A stretch of 64,000 nucleotides of DNA from Pecten maximus. Lineage: Eukaryota. This document shows, piece by piece, positions 52,506-61,500 of this stretch. Numbering within the stretch: position 1 is the first letter of the stretch; each line of letters starts with the position of its first letter. The stretch covers positions 39,370,001-39,434,000 of the forward strand of contig NC_047017.1 of assembly GCF_902652985.1 (NCBI RefSeq), given 5' to 3'. Below the pieces are notes generated by a model. It saw nothing but the letters and a program-made list of their open reading frames with translations. It was not told the origin of the DNA and did not search any database. The position numbers and the translations under genes were made by a program.

Positions 52506-55500
52506 GTAAGACAGTTTTGCTGGAACCCTTTTCAATATTACTAAATTAAATATAGGTTAGCATTAAGTTACATAGCTATCTGCTGATGACTTATTTAGGT
52601 TAAATAAATATCCATACAAGAGCTGAAAATGCAATTTAAATTTTAGCCATTAACAGATATTATAGAACAATATTTATTTACAGAACTTGGAAAGAAATAC
52701 ACAGTCCCCCCACTATAAACCAATTTTGGGGAGGGGGGTGTTAATTTGTCAAGTGTCTCAGTTCTGTAAATAAATGAAATTTTCAGCTTCTCAAAAAACA
52801 GAATTAATATTAAATTTACATAAAAACCATCCATGACAGTTAAAACATAAATCCAAAATAGTATGATTGCTATGTTTGGCATATCAATATTACTCTAGAT
52901 TATTAATATGATAAATATCAGGGAATAATAACCTGTAATTCACAGAATTGCTAAATATAAATCATGGACATTGGTGATGAAATAGCAGAGGTTTTCAAGG
53001 AGTTTATTTGATCTGGCTTATGTGCACAATATAGTCTTTTGAATCTGTTGTTAACTTGCATATGAAATCTTGCTGAAATGTCATTGTTTTTTTATTGCAG
53101 ACTTACATTAAACTTGAATTCCAAGAGGAGGTCTAAAAGGAGATCCTCATCTGTGAGTACATGTATATGAAGTTTGGGAACCATGTCTATAAAATATTGG
53201 TGTGTATCCACTGACATTTGCAGATTGAAGAGTGCTGATTTATTAGCTCACACTGCCCTAAGGGCCGGTGAGCTTATGTGGCACATTGTCTGTTGTCCTC
53301 CATCCAGCATCCGTCAACATTTCATTTAAATCCCTATTAGTTCTGAACACCTGAATGGATTTTGATGAAATTTGGTCTGGAGCATCATTGGGCAAAGAAA
53401 ATCTAACATTGTATAAACGGAAATAAAATAGAGAAAATTGAAGTAAATACAAATCCTACCAGTCCTGAACGCTTGCATGGTTTTTCATGAAATTTGGTCA
53501 GGACCATTATATTGAGCTAATGTACATGTCAAATAACTGAAGGATGTGGCACTCTTGGGGCTGGAGAAAATGAGACTAATAGGGGAAATAATGCAACAAA
53601 AATACTTTAAAAATCCCTTTTTCTTTTCAAAGAATGACAGGATTTGGTTCACCTGTAGTTTGAACCGTTGTTGGGAGAGGCAGTTCAAAAGTAGGAAAAT
53701 ATTTAAAATTTAACTTAAGTTTGAGTATTTTCCCGTAATTACTGATATATCTGGGTATTCTGGGCCTCTTCTTTCTCAATATGATTTATTAAGCACATAC
53801 GTACTAAGACATTGTGGTATCATGACAATGAGTTACTTTCACATTGATAAACTATTTGCCTTGCTCCTCAACAACAGCAAAAAAGAGATGTAGGAAGGGA
53901 TGAAACCTGTGGCTGCAAATGTAAAACATTATTGTGATAGGTGAAAGGGAAAACAATTCTTTATATATTCTTTGATTCACAAGGAGCTCACCACGGTAGA
54001 AAACTACAAAATGTGTGTTGGAAAAGCTCATTAAAGTTTAATTTAAACTAAGGTGGGAGCCCATAATTAGATAATGGTCTGTCTGTGTAATTACTGTTTT
54101 GATGACATGTTTTGTGGGTTTTTCTTTTGTCTATACCTAGTAAAGTGTCCTTCTCCCCCTAACTCTCCACTTTTATACACTCACAAATACACCCCTTTCT
54201 ATATATCTGGTAAAAGGAAAAATTATTAAATAGATACACCTGTAAACAAATTAAAAAGAACACTTCCTGTAACCAGTAACATATCAACATCACTGAAAAA
54301 TTGACAAATACACAAAACACAATAATTAACAGTATGACATATTTGTAATATTATTTATAAGGTGTCGTTTTTTGTGTTTAGAATACCTATTTATGTCCCA
54401 TTCATGATCAATTTATGTTAAAAAAAATCTTCACCCTTTCAGATTTTGAAGACAACGATAGGACCATTATTGGACATTGATCCTAATAAACAGGTAAGAC
54501 GTCGACACATTTGACCAGATATAATGATTTTTGGCTCACATGGTACAATGAGTCATTAGGTCTTTCAGTTGTTTTGACAGTTTTTATTTCTTTATAACTT
54601 CAAGTTGCCTTTCACATATGCCAAAATTTCAGGTTTGAAACTATAAATAGGCATATCCTTAGTTAAAGAGAGTATTATTAATTTTGTTCCAATTAATGTG
54701 CTCGAGTCTGAAAATAATGTAAATTATTATATTGAATTATTTCTCATCAAGAGATCAAATTAAAGTATTAAAATTGCATGGGAAGAAAATAAATGGTAAT
54801 AAAATGGAAATATTCTTGTTTACCTGTCAGGATGGATGCAATGTTCCACTCAAGAAATCTAGACCATCATTATCAAAAAGAGTCAGCTTTGCTAGACTCC
54901 TTGAAGTCAAGTAAGTTGTTCAAAGAGTACACAACAATAGTGCTTTTAAAGTTTCAAATTATTAAGGGACCTATTACTACCTACACCTTAATATAAAAAT
55001 TCACAAGTCTATGCTTGGGCTTGGATCATACTTTTACACATTAAGTCATATATGTCATGTTTAACCCAAGTTATCAATTTCTGCATATATTAATCTTGCA
55101 TGAAATTATTTCTTCAAACCTATATAAAATGATGACTTCTCTCAATTTAGTCACACTCAATTCTCCCTCATACAGATCCCCCACTTATGTTTAAGGGCAA
55201 AATCTTGTTTCCTAAAATGTACTTCCATATACTTTACTGAAGTACTTTACTTTACTGCAGAATGTGCCTGGAACTGGCCTGGCTCAAAGACTAACAAAAA
55301 AAAAAACCCAACTAAAATGTGCTTTAAATTTGATGATGATCACATCAGGGCATTCAGTAGACCCTTGGGAGCATGTTTTTGTCTTTTTGATTTCCAAATA
55401 TTCAGATTTGGATTTTGGGATTGAAGGGAAATATTTTGTCTTTCAGATTTCTAAGAAATGGTGATTTGACTTATGAAGTTGCTTAAAGTCAAGTGTCAGC

Positions 55501-58500
55501 TGGATGCATTGAACATACAAATGTATATAAAAATTGCTTTTATGATGCAATTACAATATAAATATCAAATTTATACATATACCTGATACAATAACAATAT
55601 AGAGATCAAATTTATAGATATACCTGATACAATTACAATATATCAAATTTAAATGGGGCAAAGAAGTAATTCAAACAGTGTGGACAATGAGGCTTGTTAA
55701 ATTTTCGAGGCAATCCGCCCCTTTATCAAAACACAAAAAATACAAATACAATCACATAATATATATAAGATGTACTGGAAATACAATAAAATACAATAAG
55801 AATAATGTTTAAGTAACTGGAGAAACAACAATGAACCCTTCGGCAAACGTGGGCCGAAGGCGGATACTAGCGTGACTGTATCATGTTCAACACAATGCGA
55901 CCAACGGCAGAGATATTTTGAATTCTCCCGCACGTGAAAGTATATCGAAGAGTTCAAAGACGATTCGTCCCTAAAAACTTACAGAATAGGTAAGTAAAAA
56001 ATTAGTGGACGACATTGCGTTGATATCAGATTTCAGAATAAAAGTGTTGCATTATCGTCTCTACAGTGATTGATTAAATATCGTGTACAAAGTCTGAAAA
56101 ACTTTTGAAAAATATCTTTTAGATAATTAGAATTATAGAGAGTGGTGTGAAAAAAACTACTACGAATATTTATCAAGACTGAGAATATAAGAAATACGAA
56201 TGCCGAAGTGTCCCTACAGGACGCTATGGGAAACAGACGGTTCGGGCCAAATCGGACCAAGATGCTGTTGATGGCGGGAGGCGACTAAATGTGAGTCTCA
56301 AAGAGCAACAATGAATTGATGCCCAAAATTACAGCAATTATGAAAATTTTAATAAATTGAATAATTAACTACATGAATTGTCAAATATAATGGTCACATG
56401 GAGAATACACCCAGAAGAGGTCCTTCAACGTTCGTTCATACCCCGAGGGTAGCAGGTTTGGAGATTGGTAATCCAGTATCTTTCTCTGGAACGACGCTTC
56501 GTTTCATTCCAGGTAGGACAGTGATCAATGACGACCACCTGCATATCCTTCCAACTATGACTAGGTAAATTGAAATGCCTTGCCACAGGAAAGTCTGGTC
56601 TGTTTTGCTTGATGGAGTAACAGTGATTGTTGATTCTGATGTTGAGCTTTGTGCTGGTTTCTCCAACATACTGCATTTTGCATTTTTTGCAGGAGAGGAG
56701 ATATACAACATTGGCTGATGTGCTTGTCAGTGTTTGTAAAATGTGATAAACACGGTTGTTTATTTCACATTTTAACGTGTCTGTGGACTCAGTGTATGGG
56801 CAAAATTTGCACATTTTTTTTGCTGCATGTGTTGAAGGAGCCTGTTGTAACGACAGAGGCAGATGAATGTAATTTGCTGCTCACCACCAGATCTCTTACG
56901 TTTTTTGGTCTACGATAGGCCAATAACGGTGGTTCTGGAAAGATCCGTTTGAGTGTAGCTGACGACTCAATGATGCGCCAATGATTATGTAAAATGGAAG
57001 AAATTGACGGCAAGTTAGGATGGAACGTGACCCACAAGGGACCCTTTGTGTCGGAGTTCTGACTTTGTATTCAAGAAGGCTGGCTCTGTCAAGTACCCTG
57101 ACTTTGTCTAGTTCCTGATCTATCAAAGTAGATTTATATCCTCTAGCAAGAAGGTGTGATTTAAGTTCTGAGCATCGATGTTCGAAGACTATCATCGGAC
57201 ACTATCCGTCAGATACGTAGAGCTTGGGAATAGGGAATGCTCTTCGTTGTATGCGAGGGATGACAGCTGGACGGGCGGAGATACTGGTACGTGTCCGTTG
57301 GTTTGGAATAGAGGTCTGTGTTTATTTTTCCGTCAAGTAAGGTTGAACTGGTTCAAAGACGATTCGTCCCTAAATACTTACAGAATAGGTAAGTAAAAAA
57401 TTAGTGGACGACATTGCTCTCTAAAAATTATTGGACGACAGTACTCTTCGATATACTTTCACGTGCGGGGTAATTCAAAATATCTCTGCCGTTGGTCGCA
57501 TAGTGTTCTAGTGTTGAACATGATACAGTCACGCTAGTATCCGCCTTCGGCCCATGTTTGCCGAAGGGTTCATTGTTGTTTCTCCAGTTACTAAAACATT
57601 ATTCTTATTGTATTTTATTGTATTTCCAGTACTTCTTATATATATTATGTGATTGTATTTGTATTTTTTGTTTTTTTTATAAAGGGGTGGATTGCCTTGA
57701 AAATTTAACAAGCCTCATTGTCAACACTGTTTGAATTACTTCTTTGCCCCATATAATCATTACAAGTAATTCGTATCCTCCATACATTTATGTGATGTTC
57801 CAGTGTTTTCTGGATTATACTGTTTATATTACTTCTTTGACCCATATCAAATTTATAGATAACCTGATACAATTACAATATAGAGATCAAATTTATAAAT
57901 ATACCTGATACAATTACAATATATCAAATTTATAGATATACCCGATACAATTACAATATAGATATCAAATTTATAGATATACCTGATACAATTACAATAC
58001 ATAAATCAAATTTATAAATATACCTAATAATTATGCACTCATATTTAGTTGTTGAAATAACAAGATGTCTTAATATGTTTCTTGACACCACGTAATTGTG
58101 TAATTGGTCCGAGGTATATTTCGGTTGTCTTCATAATATTTGTCACAAACTACTGCAGATCCAACTCCAAGCATTGTATACATGTTATAAATTCAAATGC
58201 CTCATCTTTAACTATCAGCAGGGCATTTCAGTATTGTTCTGGTGCTGTGAGGCATTGTATTCTTTTAATTATAACAGTGTTTACTTATATTTGATATATA
58301 TACATATATACAGCGCATGCATGTATTTATAAATATGCATTGTGCTTTTTCTCTGTTATTTTTCAGAGAATTCCCACGAGACTCGCCACGTAGGTGTGAG
58401 GATTCTCCAGGTACTGTATGAACTTTATACATTGTGATAAAATATTCTTGTTTGCTACCAGAAACAAATTAGTTGCAGTATCTTTCAATAAACCTCTACT

Positions 58501-61500
58501 CTATTTACTTAAATTGCATAAAAGAAACTGGTTAATTTGATTATCCCTCAACTTCACTTAGCTGTCTTTTAGTCTTGTGTGTTAGTCTGATAACTAAAAC
58601 ATTCTTGCTGAACTTAAAGCACATTGTAGTTGCCAAGTGACATCAGAGGTGGGCAGAGCTTGTTACTGAATTCACTGTCTTTTGCCAAGCAAGGCGGCAG
58701 GTTGACAGAGCTTGTTACTGATCCTGCCTGCTATGGGTAGACAACAGTTTATTCTTTCTTTTTGGCGCTGTCATGGTTTTCTGAAACAAATAAAAGGTAG
58801 TCCAAAAGATACTGGAGAGCACAAAATCATTGAAGGCATCCATTGTCGTTATGGGATAAAATAGACCAGATTGATAGATGTCAGGTTAATAATTACAATC
58901 AAATATTACGAAAATTTTATGCTCAGAATGGGGATGTGCATTATTGTATATCCAAGTCTGGCATTATGTTACAAAATCACTTATTCGGACATGAAACTGG
59001 AGTATCATCAATGGCAGATTATTTTGCCAATTCAAATTTCCGGTCATGCAGTTACTCTTGTGAAATTTTTAAAGTGAAATATAGTCACCACATAGCCTGT
59101 ATATTTCATTTCAGTCAGGTTGCATTGGTTTCATTGCCATCTCAATGACTGGACACAGGTATAAAGACTGTGTTTAACAAATAAAAATATCTCTCTGGTC
59201 TGCATGATAAAATGGTTAAAGGGTTGAGGATATATAGCAAGCTTCTGGTTTCCCTCGACCATGCCTATTTCCCTCGGCTTCACCTTGAGAAATAGACCTG
59301 GTCTCACGGAAGCTAACTATATCCCTCAACTTAAACAGTATAATAATCTAATAAATAGCAACCATTCTAAATATACTAACAGGTATAGATGTATAGGTAT
59401 GTTAAACACAGTAATTTTTCTCAAACTATATTACTGAATCATCTAGCAAAGAAATAAATATCCATAGCTACTATTCTTTGCTATGACTTTCCTATAAAAG
59501 AAGGTTTTGATGGTGTGCTAAATAACCTCATGGTAATACCCTTGACATGGTCAAAGTGGTAACTTGTCATTTAAATGATACGAATATAATGTAAATACAA
59601 ATTTTTCAATACAATATGTGTACAATTTTCAGATCATTTCATCCTAAGGTTTGTATGTAGAGGAACTATAATGATTAGATATCCTGTGTTTATGTAATAA
59701 AGTTCTGTTCCTTTATTCAACAGCACAAGAACCAGCAACAGACACAGGGTATGTTCTTATTGTAAAACGGATATTTTTTTCCAGTTTATCCACACTGACA
59801 ACAATAAGCAGTTAATACAATGTATTAACTGATATGATGTGTTATTGTCAGATGTATGTACAGCTAAAAAACATTTTGATATCAGTTCACATTTTTTCAT
59901 ATCATTGAAATTGGAAATGTCAAGAGAAAAAAAAGTATTTTATCGTGAAAAATCAGGTAACAAGTTCGTCTCATTCTGAAAATGGTTGTTCCGCCTGGTT
60001 TATAGAGCTGTGACAAAATTTGAAAAATTTGTAAAGTGAAAATAGGAAGAAGCAATGAAAAATTACCTGCCCTCCCTAGTGCTTAAACTGGTGATTTCTA
60101 ACTGCTCTGTCAATTACTGGACTTGAGGGAAATTTCTACAAGCCAGAGCTTGTAAGGTGACTTACACCAGAATTTAAACAAAACTATGGAAATTATGAAT
60201 GGGCCATGCTATCCTAATTTGTGCTTTGATGTTCTTTTTCTATTTCCTGCTTCAGAAATGACACAGTACCTTTGACAAATCCAGTTACAATTCAGCAAGA
60301 TCAGCATGGTAACTTTTGTCCTTATTTTCATTCATTTTGTGTAGATTTATAATATATCAAAGTACATTATACAAGGTATACCAGGTATTTGAAAAGGTAG
60401 TAAATAAACTGGTTAATACCTAATTATATTATTAAGAATTAAGTTTATGAATATTAGATGAGAAGTTTCCTAAACTATAGGTCATGATCATTACTATGTA
60501 CTTATCATGAAGTTATTTCAGTTCACCTTGTTAACTGTAATAATATGGAGCAAGTTGAGAAGTTGAATATTAAGAACATAATGAAAGTCACCAGATAAAA
60601 CAAAGATTAAATTTCTAGTAAACATGTTAATATTTCGAAACCCGAAATTTTCAGAGGCACCAACAGAGTTCAAGTTAAACTTGCATCTTTTTCTTTTCTC
60701 TTTTTGTTTTTTTTTACTTTATAATAATTTGTTTTTATTTATTTGTTTTTTTCAGTGACAAATGTCTCGGAAGGTCAGCTTGAAGGGTAAGAGAAACATG
60801 ATTCTTCCCACTAGGCTTTATACATATGATAATGCATCAGTGATATGAAAGAAATGATTTTATCCTGGTATGAATCATAATCAGAGCTTCTGATTTTCTG
60901 AGTTCCTTGAATACCACATTATAAAAGGTAGACAATGTCGATCTATTGGAGTTAGTGATGGGATAGCAATCAGCTATAAGTGACTAATTACTCTTTTAAC
61001 ATCAACTAATAGATGCGATTATTGATTATAATTTTTCATAACCTTTGATGTACTTGGTTTCCTGTTTTTTTTTTTATAAAACTCATTCCATAGCCTACAT
61101 AGAGTGCATTATAATGTTATTTGGCAGCAAATTAGAGATTAGGGAAGCATTTTTGGTTTGTTAAAGTAAAACATGACTGCAACAGAAAATGCAAAATTAC
61201 ATCTATGGGTTTATTGGGTTTGAAATGAATTGATTATGTTCTTGGGTGTATGTGATACACCCCATCCCCATGTTTTCTGAAACAGCCCTAACTTTACTAT
61301 AGCTTTATCAGTGTAGTGAAGGTACAACACATATATAGATACTATGCTTCAAAATAACTGATTCAGTGATATAAAGTTCCCATGTGATTAATTTTTGTGA
61401 TGATTGCATATAAGAAGAATTGTTAAAAATAACAACAAAAAATTGAAAATCTGTGTTTACATTTTCTTTCAGTTCTCGGATGCCTCTGCTGCCAAGTATG

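Larger units (their letters stand above)
55548..58030. repeat. ~37-41-bp tandem repeat split by the Penelope insertion (55548-55651 and 57844-58030)
   Basis: ATCAAATTTATAGATATACCTGATACAATTACAAT on both flanks of the element. Confidence 0.85.

Noticed and set aside
56425-56814. Stand-alone cellular GIY-YIG nuclease gene
   Set aside because: Contiguous, through frameshifts and a stop, with Penelope RT C-terminal motifs and terminal repeats; it is a dead retroelement ORF
59114-59158. Possible extra KNL1 exon (cag|...ACAG|gtataa)
   Set aside because: Neither candidate acceptor gives a phase compatible with the following 59724 exon, and the peptide is atypical; cannot be excluded as an alternative exon
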